Of a stretch of 64,000 nucleotides of DNA, positions 40,018-49,115 are shown in pieces (the first letter of the stretch is position 1; every line of letters begins with the position of its first letter). The stretch covers positions 23,823-87,822 of the forward strand of contig JACRPK010000001.1 of assembly GCA_016214005.1 (NCBI GenBank), written 5' to 3'. A program made the position numbers and the translations under genes. Origin of the DNA: Candidatus Wolfebacteria bacterium (lineage in GTDB: Bacteria; Patescibacteriota; Minisyncoccia; UBA6257; UBA9933). The notes beneath the pieces were generated by a model. That model was given only the letters and a program-made list of their open reading frames with translations. It was not told the origin of the DNA and ran no database searches.

Positions 40018-40452
40018 ATGAAGTTCCAAAATCCTAAAGTTTCAAAGTTTAAAGAAAGCGGAGTTGCGGCGCTTCCGACGATTGTAATAATTTCAATGAT
40101 TATTTTAGTTGTTGGCATTGGCGTGGCTTCAAGCGGATTTGTTGAGGGGCTTAGTAGCTTTGGCGAACTTGAAAATAAAAAAGCGTTATTTGCGGCAGAA
40201 GCTGGCGCAATGGATGCATTTAAAAGAATCGGCAAAAATATAAATTGCAATAGCGGCGGTACGCCGAATTGTTCAAATTATTCTTTAATTATCGGTGATG
40301 CGACAGCAATGGTTTCTGTTTCTGGATCAGGCGTAAAAACGATAATTTCAAACGGCCAAGTCGGATTTAAAAAAGCTAAAATTCAAGTGATAGTTTCAAT
40401 AGACGCCAACGGAAAAATTACCCAAACATCATGGCAGCAGCTCACAAACTAA
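40018..40452 (+). CDS. PilX-like minor pilin
   Basis: SG|VAALPTIVII hydrophobic N-terminus; ALFAAEAG. Confidence 0.7.
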   Translation: MKFQNPKVSKFKESGVAALPTIVIISMIILVVGIGVASSGFVEGLSSFGELENKKALFAAEAGAMDAFKRIGKNINCNSGGTPNCSNYSLIIGDATAMVSVSGSGVKTIISNGQVGFKKAKIQVIVSIDANGKITQTSWQQLTN

Positions 40453-41921
40453 AAAATTTTTTTTCTGAAAAAATTGATAAATTGAGAAAAAAAATAGTTT
40501 CTTTTTTGCGTTATCAAAAGCCGATTGCCGGTTTGGCGATAACCCTAAATAGCATTGACGTTGTTATCTTTGACGAAAAAAAAGGGGGAATGTTTAGCGA
40601 AAAAATAGCTATTAAGTCCTTGAGCGTTGAATCTGTTGAGGAAGGTCTTAAAAAATTGAAAGATAAATTCGGTAAAAGTTTATCTTCGGTTGTTATTTCC
40701 GTTCCGCCTTTTTGGTCTTATATTTCTGTTTTTGAATTTCCATTATTAGCTGAAAATGATCAAATCGAAGAAGCGATGGAATTAGCTTCTTCGGCATTGC
40801 CTATTCCGGAAGAAAAAATTTATTCGGATTGGATGTTCTTAGAAAATAAAAATATTAAAAAAAGGGAAACTATTTTAGAAATGACGCCAAGCGAATTAAT
40901 CGGTCCTTATTTGGCTGTTTTTGAAAAAAATAAAATAAGCGTTATTGCGGCGGAAAATTATGCATGGAGCTTTGGGCAGTTTTTGGCGGAAGGCGATGAT
41001 ACGACAATGGTTGTAATGGAACAGCCTGGCATGATAACTTTTTCAATTTATGACGGCAGAATCCCTTATTTTTATTTTAATTTACCGAGAGACAAATTTG
41101 ACAATAATAAAGAATTTTTATCCGCCGCCTTGCATTATTTAAAAAGCCTTACGCATTTTGTTTTGGCCGATGACAGCAAAGCAAGACAGGTAAATTCAAT
41201 TATTGTAATAGGCGCAGACGAATTGGTTAATAATTTTAAAAGCGTTGTTGAAATAAAAATTCAAAAAGGATTTTCTTTAACCAGTGATTTGCAAAATATC
41301 AATGATTTAGGTTTCTTATCGGCTTTGGGCGCCGTTAAGAGAGGATTTATTCCGCGTAAAAAAGATGACATTGTGAGTTTGCTTCCGATTGGCACAGAAT
41401 TAGCTTATGAGCGCCATAGAATGCTTTCTTTTATTGATTTTGTCCAAAAATTTTCTATTGGTTTTGCCGGATTTTTAATTGTTATTTTTTTGTCGGCTTT
41501 ATTGATGATAAAAGCGCTTTCTTCGGGGATTGAACAATCCTTGGCAAAAGAAACGGCTTTGCCGACGGATGTCGCCGAGATTAAGGGGAAAGCGGTTATT
41601 TTTAATGAAAATGTTTTAAAACTTTCTTTGATAAACAATAGCGCTATTTTTTGGGAAAAAATTTTTATTGAAATTGACAAGATTGTTTCTGCGACCGGTG
41701 TTGTGTTAAACCAATTAAGCGCCGATGAAAGCGGAAATTTGATTTTTTCCGGAAATGCGCCAACTCGGGATTCTCTTATTGAATTAAAAGATCGGCTTGC
41801 TGGTTCATCTGTTTTTTCTGCTGAATCTTTGCCGCTTTCTTTATTTTTAAGCAAGGAAAATATTAATTTTTCAGTGAAAGCTAAATTAAAAGATGCTAAT
41901 TTTTTATATCAAATAAAATAA
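40431..41921 (+). CDS. PilM-like domain fused to a PilN-like domain
   Basis: Actin-like N-terminal region, VSLLP linker, TM, C-terminal FSGNAPTRDSL; pilus context. Confidence 0.65.
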   Translation: MAAAHKLKNFFSEKIDKLRKKIVSFLRYQKPIAGLAITLNSIDVVIFDEKKGGMFSEKIAIKSLSVESVEEGLKKLKDKFGKSLSSVVISVPPFWSYISVFEFPLLAENDQIEEAMELASSALPIPEEKIYSDWMFLENKNIKKRETILEMTPSELIGPYLAVFEKNKISVIAAENYAWSFGQFLAEGDDTTMVVMEQPGMITFSIYDGRIPYFYFNLPRDKFDNNKEFLSAALHYLKSLTHFVLADDSKARQVNSIIVIGADELVNNFKSVVEIKIQKGFSLTSDLQNINDLGFLSALGAVKRGFIPRKKDDIVSLLPIGTELAYERHRMLSFIDFVQKFSIGFAGFLIVIFLSALLMIKALSSGIEQSLAKETALPTDVAEIKGKAVIFNENVLKLSLINNSAIFWEKIFIEIDKIVSATGVVLNQLSADESGNLIFSGNAPTRDSLIELKDRLAGSSVFSAESLPLSLFLSKENINFSVKAKLKDANFLYQIK

Positions 41922-41922
41922 T

Positions 41923-42465
41923 ATGAATAGCGGAAAAAATTTTAAAAATGAGATTTTGGCGATTATTGGAGCGACTTTTTTAATTTTATTGGTTGAAGGA
42001 ACAATAATTTTTTATATTGTAGGCTATCTTCAAAAACAAATTGACGCCACTAAAGAAAAGCAGCGCCTTTTGTCGGTTGCCAAAATTGAGCGTTTCAATG
42101 CCGTTTATTTAAAAAATGACTTGGGAAAAGTAGAAAATTATTTTTCGGTCGTTAATGATATTTTGCCCGATGAAAAAAATATTCTTTCAGCGATTAGTCA
42201 AATTGAAGCTATCGGGCAAAATACCGGCAATAAGGTTTCCGTTCAGGTTGACAGCTCTCAGATATTCGCTGATTCCACAACAGGCAGCCGTTATGTTATT
42301 TTTACGGCTCCGATTAGCGGCAATTACCAATCAATCAGGCAATATTTGGAAAATTTAAATTCTAATTTATTTTTTGCAAAGATTAATTCTTTTAATTTTA
42401 GCGGTAGCCCGACAATCAATAATGTTTCATCTGGAAGTTTGAGCGGGGAAATTTATCTTAAATAA
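41923..42465 (+). CDS. PilO-like protein
   Basis: TM, coiled region, ILP, GNYQSIRQYLENL; follows PilMN. Confidence 0.65.
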   Translation: MNSGKNFKNEILAIIGATFLILLVEGTIIFYIVGYLQKQIDATKEKQRLLSVAKIERFNAVYLKNDLGKVENYFSVVNDILPDEKNILSAISQIEAIGQNTGNKVSVQVDSSQIFADSTTGSRYVIFTAPISGNYQSIRQYLENLNSNLFFAKINSFNFSGSPTINNVSSGSLSGEIYLK

Positions 42466-42474
42466 ATTATTTAT

Positions 42475-43191
42475 ATGAATATTGATTTTGAAAAAATAAA
42501 AGTCTGGATAAAAGAAAATAAAATTGATATTTTTTATATTGCCGCAATGTTGCTTGTTATTATATTGACGATTTCAGTATTTTTTTGGTCAATGAATATT
42601 ATTTTGAAAGCAGTAAATGCTGTTTTTGCAATTATTCCGCAAGATGTTTCGGCCGATGTTTTAAAATTTGATTTGGAGAATTTTGAGAAAATTTCAAAAA
42701 GGATGAATATTAATTTTCAAATTTCTAGAACCGAAAATCAGCCAGATGTTAAAACGGGGAAAAATGAAGAAGAGAAAATTTGCGCTCAGATTGTTGTGTC
42801 GGCTGTTTCTTTGGACGGGCAGTGTCAGGAATTTTCAACACCTTGCGATGTCCCTTCTGATTGGCAAAAAGTTGATAAATGTCCGCAAATGGCTATAGAA
42901 AGCGCGGTTAATATTTCAAAAATAAACATTAGGATTTTAAATGGCACTGCGACAACTGGCTTGGCCGGACAATGGAAAGATAAATTTAAAGCCGCTGGAT
43001 TTTTGGATAACAATATTAAAACCGCCAATGCCGATAAAAAAGATTATGTCGGGATGAGCGTTTCTTACAACGCTTCAGGCGAAGTTTTGACAAAAATTTC
43101 CGAAGTTTTACAATCCGGAAATTCGCAAATTAAAGTTTCAAAAGATAGCAAATTAAGCGAAAATTATTTTGAAATAATAATAGGAAAATAA
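42475..43191 (+). CDS. Membrane protein with Cys-rich motif and LytR C-terminal-like domain
   Basis: CAQ..CQEFSTPCDVP motif; IRILNGTATTGLA...IIIGK. Confidence 0.7.
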   Translation: MNIDFEKIKVWIKENKIDIFYIAAMLLVIILTISVFFWSMNIILKAVNAVFAIIPQDVSADVLKFDLENFEKISKRMNINFQISRTENQPDVKTGKNEEEKICAQIVVSAVSLDGQCQEFSTPCDVPSDWQKVDKCPQMAIESAVNISKINIRILNGTATTGLAGQWKDKFKAAGFLDNNIKTANADKKDYVGMSVSYNASGEVLTKISEVLQSGNSQIKVSKDSKLSENYFEIIIGK

Positions 43192-43213
43192 CTTTGTCGG
43201 GCTGCCGAGAATC

Positions 43214-43233
43214 ACTGCCTGCCGGCAGGCAGG
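43214..43233. repeat. 20-bp palindrome, family A, copy 2, inside a tRNA T loop
   Basis: ACTGCCTGCCGGCAGGCAGG, lying between TTC and GATT of the minus-strand T loop. Confidence 0.85.
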
Positions 43234-43257
43234 GAACCCTGGCCTCACACTCCCAAA

Positions 43258-43366
43258 ATCCCTCACCCTTTATTTATTCGGGACATTGGGAATTGAACCC
43301 AAGCCTCACGCTCCCAAAGCGTGTATACTACCACTATACTATGTCCCGATAAAAAGGGTGAGGGAT
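43258..43366. repeat. 14-bp inverted repeats bracketing the inner tRNA-Pro
   Basis: ATCCCTCACCCTTT (43258-43271) and AAAGGGTGAGGGAT (43353-43366). Confidence 0.85.
43278..43348 (-). tRNA. tRNA-Pro(TGG), intact, nested
   Basis: CGGGACA/TGTCCCG acceptor, CACGC-TTTGGGA-GCGTG anticodon arm, TTGGG-TTCAATT-CCCAA T arm. Confidence 0.92.
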
Positions 43367-43464
43367 ATACTACCACTATACTACAGCCCGTTAATTTGCC
43401 ATTTTATATTTTTTTCTATTTACTTACAAGCTGTTTTTTGTTTAAAATTAATAATCGTAAATTT

Positions 43465-43536
43465 GTCCCCGTAGTTCAATGGACAGAACGACTCCCTTCT
43501 AAGGAGTAGATTGAGGTTCGATTCCTCATGGGGACA
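43465..43536 (+). tRNA. tRNA-Arg(TCT)
   Basis: GTCCCCG/TGGGGAC acceptor, ACTCC-CTTCTAA-GGAGT anticodon arm, TGAGG-TTCGATT-CCTCA T arm. Confidence 0.95.
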
Positions 43537-43555
43537 CAAAAATATTTTTAAAATT

Positions 43556-43585
43556 ATTGACTTTATTGTCAATGTTTATTATCTT
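43556..43585 (+). promoter_or_regulatory. lysA promoter with an overlapping palindrome
   Basis: TTGACT (43557)-17 nt-TATCTT (43580); ATTGAC-N6-GTCAAT at 43556-43573. Confidence 0.5.
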
Positions 43586-43659
43586 GTATTTAGTAATTTG
43601 AGAATTTTAATAAGAGACAAAAGCTCAAAAAAATTCAAGGGAAGAAAGGAAGGGAAGTT

Positions 43660-44910
43660 ATGCCGATGTCTAAAGATTTTGAAGAGAGGCTCTGTAAAAT
43701 TTTGCCGGATATCATTAAAGAATTCGGCACGCCTTTTCACATTTATGATGCCGCTGGCATTATTAAAACCGGGGAAAGGATTAAAAAACTAATGCCGGAC
43801 GTTAAGGAATATTTTGCCGTAAAGGCGAATCCGAATTTGGCGGTTATGCAATTTATGCAGGGAATGGAGTTCGGTTTTGATTGCAGTTCTATCCCGGAAT
43901 TAAATTTGGCTCGTTTTTTAGAGTCAAAACCAGATGACATTATGTTTTCTTCGAATAATACAAGTCTTGAAGAATTCAATGAAGCCTTGGCTGATGGCGG
44001 ATGCATTTTGAACCTTGATGATATTTCAATGGTTAAAAAAGTCCCGCAAATGCCGGAGCTGATATGTTTCCGTTATAATCCCGGAAAAAGGCGCAGTGAA
44101 GGAAGTAATTTTATCATTGGCGAGCCGACCGAACAAAAATACGGCGTGCCGCATGAAAAAATTGTTGAAGCTTATAAGCTGGCCATTGAAAGAGGCGCTA
44201 AGCGGTTTGGCATTCATACGATGATTTGCAGCAATCAAATGGATTGGCGCTATCTCGCGGAAACAGTCAAAATGCTTTTGGAAGCTATTGAAATGATTTC
44301 GAGTGAATTGAATATTGAGTTTGAATTTTTAAACATGGGCGGCGGAATCGGAACGCCCTACAGGCCAGGACAGGAAGATTTTAATCTTTCGGCAATGGCT
44401 ATAGGCATTAATTATTCAATGGCTGATTTTGCCAAAAGAAATGGTTATAGGCCGAAACTTTTTATGGAATCCGGCCGCTATATGACCGGTCCTCACGGAG
44501 TTTTGGTAACGCGATGCATTAACAGAATGAGCAAATATTTTGAAATTGTCGGCGTTGACGCTTCCGGGCCGTCGTGTTTGATGAGATCTTGCATTTATGA
44601 TTCAGCTTATCATCACATTACTGTTTTGGGGAAAGACGAAACGAATTCGCCGATGGAAATTGTTAATGTTGTTGGCTCGCTTTGCGAGAATAACGATCAA
44701 TTTGCCAAAGAGCGCTATCTTCCAGTTGTTGAAGGGGGAGATATTCTATTGATTCACAATACTGGCGCGCATGGTTTGACCATGGGGTCGAATTATAACG
44801 GCCGGTTAAAGTGTCAGGAGCTGATGCTTTGTTCGGATGGTTTTGTAAAAAGAATTAGAAGAGCGGAAACTTTTAAAGATTATTTTGCAACGCAACGGAA
44901 TTGTGATTAA
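43660..44910 (+). CDS. lysA: Diaminopimelate decarboxylase
   Basis: GTPFHIYD, FAVKAN (PLP Lys), NMGGG, ESGRY, GSLCENND and GAHG motifs. Confidence 0.85.
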   Translation: MPMSKDFEERLCKILPDIIKEFGTPFHIYDAAGIIKTGERIKKLMPDVKEYFAVKANPNLAVMQFMQGMEFGFDCSSIPELNLARFLESKPDDIMFSSNNTSLEEFNEALADGGCILNLDDISMVKKVPQMPELICFRYNPGKRRSEGSNFIIGEPTEQKYGVPHEKIVEAYKLAIERGAKRFGIHTMICSNQMDWRYLAETVKMLLEAIEMISSELNIEFEFLNMGGGIGTPYRPGQEDFNLSAMAIGINYSMADFAKRNGYRPKLFMESGRYMTGPHGVLVTRCINRMSKYFEIVGVDASGPSCLMRSCIYDSAYHHITVLGKDETNSPMEIVNVVGSLCENNDQFAKERYLPVVEGGDILLIHNTGAHGLTMGSNYNGRLKCQELMLCSDGFVKRIRRAETFKDYFATQRNCD

Positions 44911-44921
44911 AGGAGGATATT

Positions 44922-46136
44922 ATGGAAAATAAACTTTTAAGCAGGCTTCCTGGATGTGAAGAAAATGTTTTTCAACGTATCAAAAGAATTTGCGCCGAGG
45001 CGGAAAGCAGGGGCGTAAAACTTTGGCGGCTTTCAATAGGCCAGCCAAGCGGTCCGGCGTTTTTAAGCGCAAGGCTCGAAGCTTCAAGGGCTGTTATGAG
45101 CGCCGAAGAGGCAAGACATGAATATCAAGATAACGGCAGTCCTGGAGTCCCTGATTTTGCGAGGAGATTTGTTCAGGCCCATTTAAAATCAGGCGGTGTC
45201 AATGTTGATAATATTTCTTTTCTTCCGATTCCCGGAGTAAAACCAATGCTTGGAATAATTATTCAAGCTTGTGGCGGGATAAACGGAGAAAAGATAACTG
45301 TTGGGACAATGACTAATCCCGGCTATCCAACGCCAGCTGTCCAGGTTGGATATCTTGGCATGAATCATTACGAATTAACAACGAATTCTGAAAATGGATT
45401 TATTGTTGAGCTGTCAAATATTAACATTTTCAATCATTGGCTTGACGGCACTGATTTGCTAATGCTTAATTATCCGCATAATCCTAGCGGGCAAATTGCA
45501 CATGAAGGTTTTTGGAATATCATTTGTATGTTTTGCGCTGATAATGGCATCCGTTTGTTTAATGACGCGGCTTACGCTGCGTTAGATCATTCGGGCAAGC
45601 ATGTATCGCTTGCAGATGTTGCTGTTGGTTTCTCGGATTTAAGCTGGTGTGAAGCATTTTCTGCCTCTAAGGTCATCGGCAACGGCACTGGCTGGAGAAT
45701 TGGCGCTATGGTTGGATCTTCGGATTTTATATCAGATATTGCGACTATTAAGGGTAATACTGACAGCGGATTTTTCGCTCCGGCTGCAACAGGAGTCCTT
45801 CATGCTCTGGGAAATGATTTTCAATCAGTTGTTAAAAACAGAAGAATGTTTGGCAAGAGATTAGAAATTCTGATTGAAATTTTGGAAAAATACGGAATGA
45901 AAATTGCCGTTAAACCAAGGGCGGGATTTTTTACTCTTTGGCTGACGCCTAAACGCGCTTTTGGCGAAGAGATAAAAAACGCCGAGGAATTTAATAATCT
46001 GATGATCCAAAATACCGGGATTGTCGGAGTGCCTTTTGGCAAATATATTCGCTATGCCGTGACCAATCCCATTGATTCGCCGGAATGGATTCAGGCGATA
46101 GAGAATGCGTTTAATACGGCGAGAGTTTCTTATTAA
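44922..46136 (+). CDS. Class I/II PLP aminotransferase, possibly LL-diaminopimelate aminotransferase
   Basis: LNYPHNPSG, DAAY and SASK..GTGWRIG motifs; coupled to lysA. Confidence 0.7.
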   Translation: MENKLLSRLPGCEENVFQRIKRICAEAESRGVKLWRLSIGQPSGPAFLSARLEASRAVMSAEEARHEYQDNGSPGVPDFARRFVQAHLKSGGVNVDNISFLPIPGVKPMLGIIIQACGGINGEKITVGTMTNPGYPTPAVQVGYLGMNHYELTTNSENGFIVELSNINIFNHWLDGTDLLMLNYPHNPSGQIAHEGFWNIICMFCADNGIRLFNDAAYAALDHSGKHVSLADVAVGFSDLSWCEAFSASKVIGNGTGWRIGAMVGSSDFISDIATIKGNTDSGFFAPAATGVLHALGNDFQSVVKNRRMFGKRLEILIEILEKYGMKIAVKPRAGFFTLWLTPKRAFGEEIKNAEEFNNLMIQNTGIVGVPFGKYIRYAVTNPIDSPEWIQAIENAFNTARVSY

Positions 46137-46150
46137 AAAATAGTTTATAC

Positions 46151-46184
46151 GCCGCGCTTGGGTAACTCCCTTGCGCGGCTTTTT
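46151..46184 (+). terminator. Rho-independent terminator
   Basis: GCCGCGC...GCGCGGC followed by TTTTT. Confidence 0.7.
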
Positions 46185-46328
46185 CGTTAATCCCCATTGA
46201 CATAATTTTTCTATTTGCTATCTTTATAATAATGTTTTTTTTCAAAACATTGTTTTAAATTTTAGTTTAAAATTATTTACCGGATTAGCTAAAACAGCCA
46301 TAATCCCGGCTGTTTTATTTTTTTTAAT

Positions 46329-46931
46329 ATGTCGTTTATTTTAGGAAAAAAATTTAAAATGGATCAGATTTGGAAAAATGACAAAGTTATTCCGATAACT
46401 TTAATTAAGGCTGAGCCGAATGTAATTACTCAAATTAAAGATAAAGAAAAAAATGGCTATTTAGCTTTGCAGCTTGGTTTTGACAAGGGCGTGAAAAAAA
46501 TCAATAAGCCGCTTAGGGGTCATTTAAAAGAATTGGGGAATTTTAGGCATTTGAAAGAATTTAAAACTCAATCAGTTGAAAATTTTAAAGTCGGAGATAT
46601 TTTGGGAGTTGAACAATTTAATGAGGGCGATTTGGTAAAAGTAAGCGGATTAAATAAGGGGAGAGGATTTCAGGGAACTGTTAAAAGGCATGGATTTGGC
46701 GGCGGGCCGAAAACTCATGGCCAAAAAAATCGCCATCGCGCGCCGGGATCAATCGGAAGCACTGCGCCGCAAAGAGTTATGCCAGGAAGAAGAATGGCCG
46801 GTCATATGGGAACAGAAAGGGTAACAATTAAAAATTTGGAAATTGTCGGGATTGACAAGGAAAATAATATTTTAATGATAAAAGGCGCTGTTCCTGGGAT
46901 GAAAGGAACGCTTTTGGAAATAAGAAATTAA
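46329..46931 (+). CDS. rplC: 50S ribosomal protein L3
   Basis: KGRGFQGTVKRHGF, HRAPGSIG. Confidence 0.97.
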   Translation: MSFILGKKFKMDQIWKNDKVIPITLIKAEPNVITQIKDKEKNGYLALQLGFDKGVKKINKPLRGHLKELGNFRHLKEFKTQSVENFKVGDILGVEQFNEGDLVKVSGLNKGRGFQGTVKRHGFGGGPKTHGQKNRHRAPGSIGSTAPQRVMPGRRMAGHMGTERVTIKNLEIVGIDKENNILMIKGAVPGMKGTLLEIRN

Positions 46932-46932
46932 T

Positions 46933-47562
46933 ATGAAAACAGAAGTTTTTGACCAAAAAAATCAAAAAATCGGAGATATTGATTTGTCGGAAAGAATATT
47001 CGGGACAAAGTGGAACCCTGATTTGGTGCATCAAGCATTAATCGCTCAATTGGCCAATCGCCGGGAAAATTTGGCGCATACAAAAGGAAGGGGTGAAGTG
47101 TCGGGTGGCGGTAAAAAACCATGGAAACAAAAAGGCACTGGCCGAGCTCGCCACGGATCAATTAGATCTCCAATTTGGAAAGGCGGCGGTGTTGCTTTCG
47201 GTCCGACAAAAGAAAAAATATTCGCTAAAAAAATAAATAAGAAAATGAATCGTTTGGCGATTTTTAACGTTTTGTCAAAAAAATTTAAAGATAATGAAAT
47301 AAAAATAGTTGAAAATTTTGCCTTAAGGGATGACATCAAAACAAAAGATGTGTCTAAAACATTAAAGAATTTTTTTACCGACAAGTCTAATATTTTACTG
47401 GTGCCGTTTTCGGGGAAAAAATTTATCAATAAAGCTTCTTCAAATATAAAAAAGGTTTCAGCTATCAGCCCGCTTTCATTGAACGTTTATGATTTATTAA
47501 AAGCTAAAAATATTATTTTTGAAAAAGAAGCAATTAGCGAAATAGAAAAACATTATAAATAA
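46933..47562 (+). CDS. rplD: 50S ribosomal protein L4
   Basis: KPWKQKGTGRARHGS. Confidence 0.97.
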   Translation: MKTEVFDQKNQKIGDIDLSERIFGTKWNPDLVHQALIAQLANRRENLAHTKGRGEVSGGGKKPWKQKGTGRARHGSIRSPIWKGGGVAFGPTKEKIFAKKINKKMNRLAIFNVLSKKFKDNEIKIVENFALRDDIKTKDVSKTLKNFFTDKSNILLVPFSGKKFINKASSNIKKVSAISPLSLNVYDLLKAKNIIFEKEAISEIEKHYK

Positions 47563-47583
47563 AAAAAGAAGATAAAAAATAAA

Positions 47584-47952
47584 ATGGGAATTTTCAATAA
47601 AACAAAACCGAATAAAAAACAAGCAGTTGTTCCAAGGGAAATAAAAAAACAAGCCGCTTCAAAAATTGTTCCGAAAGAATTGTCTTTTTTATTGAAACAG
47701 GCTTGGATTACGGAAAAAAGCGGAATTTTAGCCAATAGCGGGAAATATGTTTTTATTGTTGACAAAAATGCCAATAAGCCGCAAATTAAAAAGGCTGTCG
47801 AAGCTTATTATGGGGTTAAGATTTCCAGTATTAATATTGTTAATCAAAAACCAAAATCAAAAAGATTTGGCAGATCAAGCGGCGTTGTTTCCGGCAATAA
47901 AAAAGCGATAGTTAGTTTAAAAGAGGGGAAAATCGATTTAATGCCGGCTTAA
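47584..47952 (+). CDS. rplW: 50S ribosomal protein L23 with N-terminal extension
   Basis: ITEKS...ANKPQIKKAVE...KKAIV. Confidence 0.93.
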   Translation: MGIFNKTKPNKKQAVVPREIKKQAASKIVPKELSFLLKQAWITEKSGILANSGKYVFIVDKNANKPQIKKAVEAYYGVKISSINIVNQKPKSKRFGRSSGVVSGNKKAIVSLKEGKIDLMPA

Positions 47953-47962
47953 TAGAAAAATT

Positions 47963-48787
47963 ATGAAACAATATAATCCAACAACTTCATCAAGAAGATT
48001 TATCACAACCGTTGATTACGGAGTTTTGAGCGCGGTTGAACCGTTCAAAAAATTGTTGAAAAGATTGCCGGCCAATGACGGAAGAAACAATCAGGGAAGA
48101 ATTACAATGCGCCATCAGGGCGGCGGCAATAAAAAACTTTATAGAATTATTGATTTTAAGCAGAATAAATTAAACGTTCCGGCAAGAGTTGAAACATTGG
48201 AATATGACCCCTATCGAACCGCTTTTATCGCTTTGGTTTCTTATCGTGATGGAGAAAAAAATTATATTTTAGCTCATAAAGATATTAAGGTTGGCGATGA
48301 GATTATTTGCGCGGAAAACGCCCAGCTTAAAAACGGCAATCGTTTGGTCTTGAAAAATATTCCGGTTGGCTATTTTGTTTATAATATTGAATTATCAAAA
48401 GGAAGCGGAGGCGTTATGGCGCGATCAGCCGGATCGTACGCGCAAATTTTAGCGCAAGAGAATGGTTGGACTAATTTGAAATTATCTTCCGGGGAAGTAA
48501 GAAAAGTAAAATGGGATAATTTTGCTTCATTGGGACAGGTTTCAAACCCTGATTGGAATTTAGTTGTTTTTGGAAAAGCCGGTAAAAGCCGCGGTTACGG
48601 TATCAGACCGACAGTTAGAGGCAAGGCCATGAATCCGTGCGATCATCCTTACGGCGGCGGCGAAGGCAGCCAGCCGAGGGGTACCAGAAAACCGAAAACA
48701 AAATGGGGTAAAGTTACCGGAGGAAGGAAAACGAGAAATAAGAAAAAATGGTCAAACAAAATGATTGTTCAGAGGAGAAAAAAATAA
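47963..48787 (+). CDS. rplB: 50S ribosomal protein L2
   Basis: [27 protein letters not shown]. Confidence 0.98.
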   Translation: MKQYNPTTSSRRFITTVDYGVLSAVEPFKKLLKRLPANDGRNNQGRITMRHQGGGNKKLYRIIDFKQNKLNVPARVETLEYDPYRTAFIALVSYRDGEKNYILAHKDIKVGDEIICAENAQLKNGNRLVLKNIPVGYFVYNIELSKGSGGVMARSAGSYAQILAQENGWTNLKLSSGEVRKVKWDNFASLGQVSNPDWNLVVFGKAGKSRGYGIRPTVRGKAMNPCDHPYGGGEGSQPRGTRKPKTKWGKVTGGRKTRNKKKWSNKMIVQRRKK

Positions 48788-48791
48788 AATT

Positions 48792-49097
48792 ATGTCAAGA
48801 AGCAGCAAAAAGGGTCCATATGTTGATCCGAAATTATTAAAGAAAATATCAAAATTAAAAGCCGGCGATGCGACGGTTATTAAAACTTGGTCGCGCGACA
48901 GCGAAATCGCTCCGGAAATGGTGGGATTTATTTTCGGCGTCCATAATGGAAAAGATTTTATTCAGGTAAGAATTACCGAAGAAATGATCGGCCATCGTTT
49001 GGGAGAGTTTTCTTTAACCAGAAAATTTGTCAGGCATGGCGGAAAAATGCAGAAAGAATTGGAACAAAAAGCTCAGGAAACCTCAAAAGCAAAATAA
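48792..49097 (+). CDS. rpsS: 30S ribosomal protein S19
   Basis: [22 protein letters not shown]. Confidence 0.97.
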   Translation: MSRSSKKGPYVDPKLLKKISKLKAGDATVIKTWSRDSEIAPEMVGFIFGVHNGKDFIQVRITEEMIGHRLGEFSLTRKFVRHGGKMQKELEQKAQETSKAK

Positions 49098-49115
49098 ATT
49101 TTATTGAATTAAAGT

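Larger units (their letters stand above)
43197..43390 (-). pseudogene. Interrupted outer tRNA-Pro(TGG)
   Basis: 5' CGGGCTG-TA-GTATAGTGGTAGTAT at 43390-43367 and 3' TTTGGGAGTGTG..GGTTC[20 nt]GATT..CAGCCCGA at 43257-43197; split by a 109-bp insert and by a palindrome. Confidence 0.8.

Noticed and set aside
43286-43792. Small ORFs at 43286, 43321 and 43511
   Set aside because: They overlap tRNA-Pro, tRNA-Arg and the lysA start.
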